The notes beneath the pieces are model-generated. The model was not told where the DNA came from, made no database searches, and saw only the letters and a program-made list of their open reading frames with translations. Below are positions 36,873-49,340 of a stretch of DNA of 64,000 nucleotides, piece by piece. Where the stretch lies: positions 28,210,001-28,274,000 of the forward strand of contig CM060734.1 of the NCBI GenBank assembly GCA_030704615.1, written 5' to 3'. Source of the DNA: Takakia lepidozioides (taxonomy: Eukaryota; Plantae; Bryophyta). The stretch's first letter is position 1; each line of letters begins with the position of its first letter. The position numbers and the translations under genes are program-made.

Positions 36873-37344
36873 CCAAGGAAGCAGCTATTAGAGCTCGTCA
36901 GGCTCGTAGATTTGTCTTGGATTCTGTGGAGGAAAGTTGGGGAGAAGAGGCAGAAGATTCCCAGGAGGTGAGGTGGACGGTTCCCCAAGGAGAGGACGGT
37001 ATTTTTGAGAGGCATAGTGGAAGTGATGCATCTCAGATGTCAGGGGATGAGGGGGATGAGGAGGCAGGTGGGGCAAGTTCCTCGGAGGGTGTAGGAGAGG
37101 ATGATAGTAGTTCCTAGCCGACAGTTAGGACAGTTGTATAGATGTGGCTCGCCACAAAAATTTGCAATAAAATGTTGCATTTCATTGCTATGATGAGTCC
37201 AGTGGTGCCACATTCCAACTTCACATGACCTTATATTCGTGCCTCCTACCCCTATTTCTGTGGACACACAATGGTCTGCTCATGTTTTTTTTTTTTCCGC
37301 TCATGCTCATGCCGCTCATGAAATAGCAGCCCCCCCCTAAGGTA

Positions 37345-37973
37345 CAGATGATGTGGTTTTGTCCTGACGACATCTTTGAGTGTGTCCACGGTGGTGTGGT
37401 TGAGAATGTGAAAGATAAGCCTGGACCTCCTTCAGTTTGGTCTGTGGCTGAAGGTTGTAACCTAGACCAGGCGGAGGTGGATGCCTTGACTTGGGCTGGG
37501 ATGTTGAGCTTCCTGTCCCTAGTCAACCTCAGTTCCAAACTATCCATGAGATCTTGGAAAACAAAGATGTTTATCCAACGAAACGTTGGGATAGGAGATT
37601 CAAAAGGAAACGTGTAAGCAAACTAAATTTCACCAAAATGCGGAGCACAAATATGCTTCATGGGCAAGTCACAGGCTTTACAGATGTTCCCGCACCAAGG
37701 TTCGGGAGTGTTTACACTTTGAGGACTCCCGGATCTTTCGAGCAGAACATTGCGTACAATGTTACTATTAGCAAATTCCCTAAGTGCACTTGTCCGGACT
37801 TCGATTCCATGAAGAAAGCTCGAGGATCCTATACTTCGTGCAAGCATCTGTATTTTATTTTCCTCAGCAAGGCTGACTGTCGTGGGGACTGGGATATGAT
37901 ACACCAGCCTTGTCTGACAGTGAACGAGGTTGCCAAGTTGCTAGTCAGGGACCCAACTCCATTGTATGTGTGA
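37345..37973 (+). pseudogene. Divergent paralog of the MULE transposase C-terminus with SWIM finger
   Basis: WFCPDDIFECV..PPSVWSVAEGCNLDQAEVDAL aligns with copies 1 and 2. YNVTISKFPKCTCPDF..CKHLYFIF is a SWIM motif. Confidence 0.8.
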
Positions 37974-38871
37974 TCAGAGTTGTTGGCTGAAGTATTGTGC
38001 TTTTACTAATTTTCTGGGAGGTCTAGCACCCTCGCTGCTCTGTTGGGAGACCACCGTCTGCCCGCGCAGTATGCGTGTTTGCGTGGGCAGCACAAACTCC
38101 CCCTCTTCCTCCGCTTGAGGCTCCATGACGACATTGTTCCCCTGCTCAAAAATAGAAAGGGAAGCCGAAGAGTCGGGCACTGCAGAGGAGAATCCGCATG
38201 ACCGTATACACTGCCGAACCCGGAAAGGGATGAGAACCCGTCCTACGCGGGCCGTAACGTATGCCTGCGAAATTGAGGTAGTGCGGCGACACCACGCAGC
38301 CGGCTGCACGCCGTAACTGGACTATGTGCCACGTGGCCCACGCCAGTGTTTGGTGCCGAACATTCCTCCCTCCTATCATGCAGTAGTTTGCCCCTCCCAG
38401 GACATTATTATCTCTGAGTGCTTTGCATGGAACATCTTTTGAGTAATTTTGTAGGAGTTGAAGTGTTTGGCGCCGAACATTCCTCCCTCCTATCAATCAT
38501 GTTTGCTTTAAATTTTGTTTTGGTACTTTTAACCTCTATTTCTCTCCCCTAATTTGCTCATTTCATCTGAGGTCATTGCGATGGATTTTGTTGGCATATA
38601 GTTTTAAATTTTATGGAGACCCATCTCGAGGATGTTTGGACGTTTAATATTAAAATAATAATTAAAAACTTTAAAGAGGTTTTGAATTTTTGGGGTTTTC
38701 ATTTTTCTCGTCAGGTTCGGCGCCGAACCCCCCCCCCCCCCCCAATCCAACTCTTTCTACATACCTCCTTTTGTCATATCCGCACCAGAAAAGCAAATGT
38801 GGGGTGTTCTAATACAATTGGCTAGTCCAACTAGCTAGGGTTGCCTCTCCAACCATGAAATCTTTCAGGTC

Positions 38872-39170
38872 TCATCTAGGTTTGCAATCATATCGAGGGT
38901 CATCTGGCCAATTTTTTATCACCATAACCAGCCTGTCAAGATTCTCAACCTGCAAACGACAACGACGGAGTGCTGTGAGGACACATGCAAGACTAAAAGC
39001 TCGTTCGGTCTCAATTTGAGACCCCGGGATGCCAAAGATTTGTTTGGCAAGATATGCAACGTTGGGAAATTGTTGCTCGTGATCACGCCACCATAACAAT
39101 GGATCCGTTGTTGCAGTTACAAGAACAATGAATCGCCGAAATAATGAAAGTTCAGCCTTCACTACTGCAG
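38872..39170 (-). pseudogene. hAT transposase C-terminal dimerisation domain fragment
   Basis: DPLLWW..FPNVAYLAKQIFGIPGSQIETERAFS..RRCRL. Confidence 0.9.
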
Positions 39171-39589
39171 CACTTGCCATTACGGCCAACACCACAGGCG
39201 GCATCCACAATGCTAGTATTTCTGCCCTTCACAATAACTTCAAACTATCTATCTCTCCTATACACAAATGCTTCAAAGCTATCCACCTGACTGCACTGCC
39301 CTCCCTCACTGTTATCATCACTAAGAAAAGGCAGCTTGAAAACCACATCTCGTAGGCCTCTTGTCACTTCGGACAGCCCAGGGGTCCCCCTTGGGGGTAC
39401 CCCCCCCCCCCTTGGGTTACGGGGTGCCCCCCGGGCACCCACTAGTTTTTATATGGCCCACCCGCCGAAAGGGGGCAGTAGCCGCAAGGCGAAGTGGCTC
39501 TTAGTTACGCCGGCCTCGGCCGGAATCATCTCTCTGCTCCAGGAAGGATGAAAGTGAAATGAAAAAAGACCGACCAATAGCGCCCACCC

Positions 39590-40230
39590 GAAAAAGGCGG
39601 TACAACCATATTTGTTATAATTTAAAATGAAGCGACCGCTAATACTGCGGTCGCTTTTATTTGCTTTGATTTTGTAAAATGTTGCGGTCGCTTGTATTTT
39701 TTTCATTTTCTAAATTACAAGCGACCGCCAATATGGTGGTCGCTTTTATTCTTCTTCTTTTTTAAATTAGAGCGACCGCGAGATCGCTTTTATTTTTTAT
39801 ATTTTTAAATTTGAGCGACCGCCCGTGTAGCGGTCGCTATTATTTTTTATTTCAAAATATAATGCAACCGCCGGTATTGCGGTCGCTTATATTTTCTTAT
39901 GACGCTTTTATTTTTTATATTTTTAGAATAACGTGACCGCCAATATGGCGGTCGCTTGTTTTTATATATATTGAAATTATAGCAACCGCCAATATGGAGG
40001 TTTCTTTTATTCTTAAATATTTTTAAAATAGAGCAACCGCCAGTTTGGCGGTCGCTTTTATTTTTTATATTTTTAAATTTAAGCGACCGCCAATTTGACG
40101 GTCGCCATTTTTATTTTTTTTTGAAATATAAAGCGACCGCTGGTATTGTGGTCGCTTCTATTTTCTTATGTCACTTATATTTTTTAAAACTTTTAAAATA
40201 AAGCGACCGCCATATGGCGGTCGCTTGTTT
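39590..40230. repeat. AT-rich array of GCGACCGC-n-GCGGTCGC inverted repeats
   Basis: About 12 copies at ~50-bp spacing, with an internal ~269-bp duplication. Confidence 0.88.
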
Positions 40231-41203
40231 TTTTCCACACTCCCAAGGTGCTCGTGCAATATTGATCACTCCTCCCTTCAGTCCCCACTTATCTTCTTTC
40301 GCAATTGAAAGAAAGATCTTATGTTATATTGCTACTAGTAAGCCATGAAACTTTATAGGAAACATTCCCTTGCTTCCGCTAATTCATTCTTTCTCGATTT
40401 CAAGAAATCACTAAGTAGCCATCATTCCTTGAGTTCACTGGAACTCAACATACCGTTAGTCCCCAGTATGGTCTGACATATAGTCATTTTTATGTTTGCA
40501 TTATGAGCCGTTCGTAGTCTTAAGCATTACTACACAAACAGCGCAACTTACCAAAAGTGAGTCCGTTAGGTCCTGCCTCCAGGCATTGCCCAAAAGACCG
40601 GGAGAAAAATTGCGTGCTGACAGGAATTTGGGACACGCATTCGCAGTCAGAGCTGTCATGTACCCATTCCATGCACCAAAATGATAGTATCTGAAAGCCG
40701 CGGAAATTCCAGGACACTGCAAGCAAAAAAAAATCGGACAACATGGCACTACTATCCCAGTGCGCGACACCGGAGCATGCTTTTGTGGGACTTCACCTCG
40801 TCCATGCCTTCTTAGCTATTGTTACCAGTCATACTCAGCTACACTATGGTTGTGAAATAAGTTTAGCGCTCGTAATGGTCGTACATTTCAATTCCAGTAT
40901 CTTTTTTGTACTGCACTTATGAAATCGCAAAGGGGCAATTCACATACAAGTTCATAGAATCTACGTCATTTTGTGTGATTTTGGATTTCAACCCACACAT
41001 GAGCTGGTCACTTCCTTAATGGAAGTCACCAGCTTTATTGTGGTCCTAGATATGCATCAAACCTGGTTGGTGTGCTGGTCATATGCAATGTAGCAGCTTC
41101 CAGTTTGAGTGTGGTTGTGGTGGTGTTACTCATACTTCGCCAGAAACTGGTCCAGGCTTACTGTGGTGGCGAAATTAGTTACCTGAAGCCCAACTATAGA
41201 AGA

Positions 41204-41394
41204 ATATATATATATATATATATATATATATGACGCCTCCCGAAGGAAGCATAAATTATGGTGTCCCTTCACCCCGAAGGGTTACTGCCTTCCGCTAGAA
41301 TGGCAGTGGACACCTTTGTGACAGTAAGGGTGGATTGAACCCACAACCACTTCCGAGGTGGTATGTGCCCATTACCACTGTGCTACAACTTGGT
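41204..41394 (-). mobile_element. tRNA-derived SINE-like element with (TA)n tail
   Basis: A box TAGCACAGTGG (41385-41375), B box GTTCAATCC (41340-41332), a structured body, and (TA)n at 41204-41231. Confidence 0.72.
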
Positions 41395-42091
41395 TGTCTG
41401 CTGCGGAAGGACATAATAGAGTGAGTTGACTAGCAAACTATTCTAGTGAGCATCGTTTTCCACATTCGTCATGTTCACAGCTTCCGCGATGAGTTTACTT
41501 GTGAGGGATGAGAGGTCATGTTATGTGAGTACCGGAGTGCTGCGGACACCAACAAAAGAGTGACGTGATGTAGGAGTGCTAGGACGGGTAGTGATGTTCT
41601 TTTTCCTTGCATGGTGGAGCGGGCGGGAAATCGTGGCGTAGTACGGGTTTCCATGTCCAAAACTGCCCGCTTGAATGTGGTATGGCTCTAGGGTTGATGG
41701 TTTACTGGCAGTGGATGCATTTTGTTTTTTTGCCTCCTCTTTTGTTCGTTTTCATGGTAGATGCCGCGTGTGCCTGCAATTCTGTGTTGCCTCCTATGAT
41801 GGCTTCAGTGGGGCATGAAATGCAGGCTTGTGGGAGAGCGCCGAAAGCCCGGAAGACGACGGCATCCCCCGGCCCCCACTGGTCCGCCAAGACGCAGCGA
41901 ACAATTAGAGACCATGGCTGGCGTCTCTGGCCAGTATGTGTTTCCAGACGACGATGAAGATGGCCCGTGTGTACCGGTCCAAGCCCAAGAGCACACTGGC
42001 GATTCCACTGAAGAGCTGCGCGGCGATGCACCAGCCCCACCCTCGCTTACTCAGAAACGACGTGCAGCTTCACAGTCTCCATCTATAAGTA

Positions 42092-43820
42092 ATGTCGTGT
42101 GATGAATGCCAGAGAGTGGGTGTCGTGGCCCTTTGCCTTGAGGGCAGGGGGTCGGGACACATGAGGGGCTGCCCCTATGGTGGGGGCAGCGGCAGCGATA
42201 GGTATGGGGGGCTGAAGCACCCTTGAGTGCCCAAGGCACTCAAGGAGGCGGAGGCGCTCACTAGGTGGAGCCCCGCACACCGGGTTGCGGTGGGGGTGGC
42301 TCCACAAGGGGTGGTGGTAGCTTAGCGGGACTTAGTGGGGGTGGCATAGGACTCACCATGGGGGCGGAGACCTCGTGGTGGGAGTCGTGGGGAGTCTTGG
42401 GACTCATCACGGTCCATAGGGGCCGTGGTGAGTGGGCCAAGACTCACCGCGACTCATCACCGGGAGTCGAGGGTCTTCGTGGTGGTTCGCCATAAAATGG
42501 CATGGCTGGTTGTGAAACCCCCGCGGACAGCTACAGAAGTATATATAGGGAGTAGTAACCCCAAGAACGGTGCAAGCCCGTTGGTGACCAAAAACTAGTG
42601 AGTAAGCGAGCGAGCCGGAAAGCGACCAAAGAGTGGGGAGCTGTTCCGGACTGCCAACTACCAAAGGGAATTCCTGCTGGTTCCAAATCGGTGGAGGGTT
42701 CCTTGGGAGAACAAAGGGGGGGACCGTTATGCCCCGGTGAGCAGCCGAAGCTCCAAGTTGGCCCGGCGGCCAGGTTGGGAGTCAGGCACGCGCAACTAAG
42801 CGAGTAACTATGACTTGAGGGGGAGCTTACCGAAGTGAGGTGCGCGACAGTGGGACCCTTGCAGAAGACAGGAAAAATGCCTTTGCATCCAACTTTACCC
42901 ACAGAACCATTCCAGAAATGGGGACTGGATTTTGTTGGACCTATCAACCCACCTGCAAGGGATACTCAGAACAGGGACATCATTACTACCACAAATTATA
43001 CCACCAAGTGGGTGGAAGCCAAAGCTTTGAGGGATAACACGGCGAAATCCATTGCTAAATTCCTGTATGGAAACATAATAACCAGGTTTGGATGCCCCTT
43101 GGTGTTCGTAAGCGACCAAGGAGGACACTTCATCAATGAAACCGTTGACATACTTACCAAAGAATTCATGGTAGTACATAAGAAAAGTACTACATACTAT
43201 CCAAAAGGAAATGGGCAAGCCGAAGCTACCAACAAGATTCTATGTACCCTTATATAACAAAGATTGTCAATGCCAATCGGACATATTGGGATACCAAACT
43301 GAATATTGCATTGTGGGCTTATAGGACTTCCTATAAGTCACCACGAAGCATACGCCCTTCCGACTGGTATATGGAATGGAAGCCTTGCTTCCCGTAGAGT
43401 TCCTGATTCCTACTATCCGAACAGAGAAAGGTGATCGCCTGGGACTATTACCATCAATTAGTGCTAGATTGAGGGACTTATACCACCTGAAAGAAGTTAG
43501 GGCAGATGCTGCAGACCATATGACCCTGGAATACAGATGCAGAGGAAGGAAAGAATGACGAAGAAAAGCTGAAAGAGTTCGAAACAGGCGATTTAGTACT
43601 GTGGCTACTGAAGAAAAGTAAGATTAAGCAATCCAATCTGAAATCACCTTGGAAAGGGCCTTATGCAATAGCAAAGATGTATGATAATAACACAGCTGAT
43701 TTGCAGATATCAATGAAGAAATAGTCGGCAGAGTGAATGCTAATAAGCTGAAAGGATACAGTATCCACCACCGACCCCTGAAACACGATCTACTCTTAGG
43801 AACTACAGCAAAAGTGATTT
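42092..43820 (+). pseudogene. Integrase of a different Ty3/Gypsy family, split by a solo LTR
   Basis: SCDECQRVG, then the LTR, then [39 protein letters not shown]. Confidence 0.9.
42121..42849 (+). mobile_element. Solo LTR of chromovirus A with 5-bp TSD GTGGG
   Basis: GTGGG at 42116-42120 and 42850-42854. No PBS or PPT adjacent. Confidence 0.95.
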
Positions 43821-44364
43821 GAGGATACATGATGAGATGCGAGAATGAGAATGCAAAAAGAACAGATGTGATACCTGAGCAGCACAAACATCCTGTGGAT
43901 GAAAGAACTTACATTCGTAAGCAGATAACGGATGAACAGAAGGCTATGAAGCCCCATGGATGAACAGAATCTCACAGGCACATGGGCCCTCATAGACCCA
44001 TGGGACCTTAGACAACTATGACAAATCTGCGCAAGATTTCCAGACACGTGCCTGCAAGATCCCCGGCCGTTACGTCAAGGCCAGTGATCATGCAGATCAT
44101 CAAGGAGAGTTTAGTCTTGTCCAAGGCAGAGCACCAGGAGATGGGCAAATGGATACCCGTGTCGGGTCTGTATTTTCCATTAGCGATGAGCAGACGAGAC
44201 ATGAGCCATGAGCAGAGTTTTCGAACCTACACCGAAGCAAACCCGAAGGCAGATTCCAGGTTCGGAATAGGCTCGAGATATGAGCAAAGCTGAAGGACCA
44301 AAGTTATATTCCTAAATAGAAAGTGTACCACCTATACCCGCGCGGGCCAAACGGAAAATGTACA

Positions 44365-44675
44365 GCCGGAAGTCTGTGCCGACTTCTCAAAAAATATTTT
44401 ATATTAATAAAAAACTGAAAATTGGGAAGCCGGAAGTCTGTGCCGACTTCTCATATAATATAATATAATATAATATTTAAAAGTCTGTGCCGACTTCTCA
44501 TATAATATAATATAATATAATATTTAAAAGTCTGTGCCGACTTCTCAAAATATAATATAATATTTAAAAAATAAATAGGAAGCCGGAAGTCTGTGCCGAC
44601 TTCTCAAATAATAATAATAATAATAATAATAATAATCCGGAAAATAGGCAGCCGGAAGTCTGTGCCGACTTCTCA
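44365..44675. repeat. Six copies of (gccgg)aagtctgtgccgacttctc in AT-rich spacers
   Basis: TGTGCC centres at 44375, 44439, 44486, 44533, 44592 and 44661, with (TAA)n-like spacers. Confidence 0.9.
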
Positions 44676-46687
44676 AAAAAAAGGTACCGACGCCCAAATA
44701 TGGGGAATTCCCGAACCTAGCTTTGCATCCGAACCTAACCTGATTGTTGTATGATGAGGGAAAATCGTGCACTTGTAAAAATGAAAAACAGGTTCGGATG
44801 GTCGAAAACATGGGAATATTCGTAGAAATATGCAAAAAATATTCTTTTTTGGGGTTCTGCTCATGCTTTTTGGTGCTCACTGCACATAGAAAAACAACCC
44901 CGTGTCTACACTCAAGGAGGAAACATGCTCTCAGAACAGTGAGGGAGGAAGCCGGGCAAAGTGAGTCAGAAATGAAGTTACAGCAACAAGAGATGTGACA
45001 GAAGGATCCAGAAAACATCAGGAGGTCGCTCCTCCAACATGAGGTAAATTCTCCATTTGCCTGTGCTGGAAGGGAGTACTTAATCTGAGACGGGAGACCG
45101 GGTGAATATCCCTACGACGTCTGACCTTTTGGCAGAGGTGTAGTGTGATTTCAGCTGCAATCGGCATGCCAGATGAGTTGGAATTAAAGAGCCTGAGTGT
45201 TTGCTAAGAGTCAGCTGAAGGACTTAACTGAATATAAAGAGGAACAAACTTTTGAGCCAGGGATGAAAAAGTTAAACAATGGATGAAAAAGTTCATCTTT
45301 CTTGTTCATGTAATCCTGGTCGATGAGAGAGCTGCTATACCTCGACGAGCTACTGCCCGACTGAGGAGGCAGCTGGTAGGTTGCCCATACGACATCAAGG
45401 AGAAGGGGGCGGTGGGTCTGACAGCCCCTTGGCAATCTGGCTTGATAAGAATCTGAATGAGAGACGGATGCGAATTTGCTTTGAGATTTTGTTTTAGGTA
45501 GATTCATCAGAGTAGGGAGGTGAAGCCTGGGAGTTATTAGGGTATGGAGCTTGGGGGGTTACCATTGGAGCAGCCCAAGTGGTGACGGTGGAGCTCAAGG
45601 GAGAGAGTAATGGAGGAGACAGCTCGACTGGAGGATGAGGTCAAGGCGAAAATATCTCAGCAATGCAAATGACGGTATTTAGGTGTTGCAATCAAAGTGA
45701 TGCTTCTTCTTTTGCTATGACTTAGAACCAAACATGTAAGTTGAGATGGAGATAGCTTGGCGATGGCCTTAGGGAGAAAAACTTGGGGAATTGGGGTTGT
45801 GAATGAAGCTGTGACAGAGCGAGTTCTAACCAGATGGTTTCCTGTGTCAAGAGAGTTGGTGTGTGCATTCTTGATTTGTGAGAAGTATGATTGCTTGCTG
45901 GTAATGGTGTATATGTTGCATCCTTGTGAGGATGCTCTGGCTAGTTAAGGAGAAGGGATGATGAGTAGTTAGGGTTTCAGGTTCAGTATAGTTCACTAAG
46001 AATTGTGTTGGAATGCTGCAAAGTAGTTGTGTTTGTTTTAGTTTGCTGCAAAGTGGGATGGTCATAATATGAGGGCCAATGGTTCCTATGATGATGTGCT
46101 GCTCACTGAAGACCAACAGGATGGCTCAATTGCATTGCACAGCATGTAGGTTGTAGTAAACTTACAGTGGAAGGTATCTTGTTTGGAAGCACAACTTGCT
46201 GTTGTGAGAAGAAAACAACAAAGGCTGGGTGAGAGACCTGAAAATGTATATCATAGAGTGGCTGGGAGCATGTTCAAGCGAGATAGAGAGGTAATACCAT
46301 GAGTAATCTGCTGGTCATTCTTTGTCATAGAACACATGTTGTATACCAGTAAATTGTTATGACACAACAAATTAACATGCGGGCTGTCTTGTACACTAAC
46401 CCCATAGGGCTGTGAGTGAAAGAAATACAAAAAGGCTTGCAAGCTGTGAGTTGCATTCATTCAGAGAGGAAAGAGGAAAGTCACATTAAGGTGACCATGC
46501 TGAAAAACCATGAGTTGATCTGCAATGTTCTGCCAGTGCAAACCAATCTTGAGAAGGAATATGGATAGCCAAAGACACGGCTCGGGCTCACACACAGAGC
46601 CCTCCGAGGGACTCTCACCAACAACAGGGTGTTCGTTCGCAAAGGTTTGCTGATCCTAAGCAGTAAACCGTGAGGACATGGCTTTTT

Positions 46688-46990
46688 GAGAGGGGGAGGG
46701 ATAATATTAGAGGGCTGTCTGGGACTTAGACAATTTTACGGGTTCTGTGGGGTACCCTTAATTTTGCGTAGACCTACGGGTAGTAGACTATAACAAACAT
46801 AGGCCTTAGGGGTGGCAAACAGGCTCACACAGTCAACAGTCACAGGCTTACATAGCCTATCACAGCCTTACACAGCCGATCACAGCTTGTCACAGTCAGA
46901 CACAGCCCGATATAGCCAATCACAGTCTGACACGGCCAGTCACAGCCCGACACAGTCACAGCCAGACACAGCTTGGCACAGCCCGTCACA
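46688..46990 (+). mobile_element. PPT and start of an LTR of family B
   Basis: GAGAGGGGGAGGGATAA is followed by TATTAGAGGG.. (46705), homologous to TGTTAGAGGG.. at 57514. Contains CACAG micro-repeats. Confidence 0.7.
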
Positions 46991-47989
46991 TCGTTCATAG
47001 GGAACTATCATCACGGGAGGGAAGAGTTGGATATCTCTAAGTACTCCTCCCACTCAGAACAATCAGTCATGACCTACAACTAGTGTATCATGGGGGTGCT
47101 TTCCTATTTCTATTCCTTCTTGCTTTCATGTTTAGCAAGTTACCTTACTGACTATGATTTAGTATCAGATTGCTTCCGCAATCTACTATGTTCCATCTAC
47201 TCAAGCATTCGTTCCACAGCTTCACTCAGATCTCTCTACACAGTGTGAGTATGAAATAAGAATCAGATTTATATCTATCATGTTTCAGGCCGAAACCATG
47301 GTGTCTCTATTTTGCCCTACAGAACATCTCTACTGCTTGCATGTATCAAGCATTATCTGGTCGTATCTCCTCCTCTGTGTAATTTCCATCCATGTGCTCC
47401 AAGATCGTGCTCTCCACCGTGATGCCAGAAACCCTGTCCAAGAAGTGATCCCCTCCATGCCGTTACTCTGCCTATTCTACCTGCAAGATGTTCTAACCGC
47501 CTAACTAACTAACTGTCATCCAAGACAGAACGCACGTTCCCTCTGCATATGTCGTTCCCACACAGTCGTACACATAGACTGAATGAAGTATATATACTTA
47601 TGTGCTATAACCCTGTCCATGTCTTCTCTTCCGCTGCGGCGTGGATAAGGGTATCAAATCTCTGGTCATAAATAGCTTAGAAGTAATCACTAGGGTATGA
47701 GCCATAGGGCAGTGACATGCTTCTCTCGTCAATGAACAGCTTAGAACTTAACTCCAAGGGGTTTTATCCCATTTCTTTTCACACTACAGAGGATCAATCA
47801 GGGAGTCTTCAAGACACCCCAACAGCTCAGATAGTAACCTTGCCCATACCAGACCAGGGCTACCAAGCTGGTAACTCACAGATAGCAGAGAGGGGAGATT
47901 TTGGCATTTCCACTTACATGGACAATGACTTAGTCCAGTGGACACAGTTCCACCACAACCAACACCAACAGGTAGCATAAGATAAAATG

Positions 47990-49340
47990 GCCATGATCAG
48001 GAATCACATGGCCAGCACAACGAACCTGCTGTGTAATTATTAAAAAGATTACATGAGCCCTAAGGAGACAAATCAGATTGTGGAAAAGATGAAAAATGAT
48101 TTTGAGGAGAGGGTCAAGAGTCTGAACAATGCTCATTTGTTCCAACAAGAGAAGATCCTGTGAGAAACACAAGTGCAGAAATATATCAGTTAGTTGGAGT
48201 CTGAGAGGGAAGCTTCTATTCAATTGGGGCTCAAGAACAATGAGCTGGAGCATGAAAAGACGGCCTTCAGGGACCAATTGGCCAATATGATGCAGACCAT
48301 AGATACACTGTGGGAGGAACAAGCACGGGAGAACCAGGCCTTTGAGCAGTTGCAGGCTGACCTCATAGCAGTGGAGGGGCAAAGGTCCGAACTTCAAGTA
48401 CAACTTGAAGATAGCAAGAGACAGAGACATGTAGCCCATGCAAGAATTACTCAATTGGGGGACTTTGGTGGTCCAAATAGCACAAATGGAGGAGGCTCGC
48501 AGGGCTGTTATAGGAGCTGATGCACGGAGAGTAGAGGCAAAGCATATGGTTATATGAAGTACGAGCTCACGAGGAGCAACGAGGAGCAGAAATTCAGACA
48601 CAAATTATTGCTTGGACAACGCCACAAGGGAGGCCCAGGAAAGAAACAATTGAGATTACAGCAGGGATAAAGAGGTTTGGTTGCACGAAAACAAGGATTG
48701 GAAGCACAGATTCAACAGGTGCAGGAGAGCAAGAAAGGGTACAACATATTGTTGGTACCATACACCACTTGTTATATTTAGTACCAGAAGCAGTTAGGGG
48801 CAATGCAGCAAAGGATGGAGCAGCTGCAGAAGGTAGCCCAAGACAGCGCCCGACAAGCCGTTTCTGATTCCATTGACGCAGGAATCTTCAAGTCTTACTT
48901 AAACTGTGAGAATGATGAAGATATCAAGGTCAGGGTGGTTGACAAGGCCAAGATTCACAGACAAGACTCAGGCTATAGTCACTGAAGTGTTTGACCAGGT
49001 AGCCACTCAAGAGCAGGAGATAGCCCAGCTGTATGATGAGAATGAGAAGATCATGACAGAAGGGAGACCAAGAGAGAGTCCAATTATGGTACCACCACAT
49101 ATCTTGGAGTCGGTAGGCTCTGACTTAGGCACACTCCCTGCCAACGAAATTCTGGATCCTGCATTTGAATACCCTGAGATGGCCTTTGCATCAGTATGGC
49201 AAGCAGGGCCATTGGAATACCAAGAACTTCTGGCCTTCATGATAATGGTTGACCACTTGAAAACAACAGTACTTGAGGCAGCTGACATAGTCGCAGGAAG
49301 CATTCCGTACTATGGTGCATGTTTCCTCATGCGTTCATAG
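47990..49340 (+). pseudogene. Decayed coiled-coil ORF remnants, probably a retroelement accessory gene
   Basis: E/Q/L-rich heptad-like ORFs at 48194-48520, 48803-48985 and 48906-49340. Confidence 0.4.

Noticed and set aside
36875-37117. Acidic ORF tail after array 3, and ORF 41815-42102
   Set aside because: Low complexity, no motif, and no second copy to support coding.
41232-41320. Hammerhead ribozyme in the three-way junction
   Set aside because: The CUGANGA and GAAA core sequences are absent.
41325-41394. Functional tRNA gene
   Set aside because: A and B boxes are present, but there is no proper acceptor stem or anticodon arm, and a body and (TA)n tail follow.
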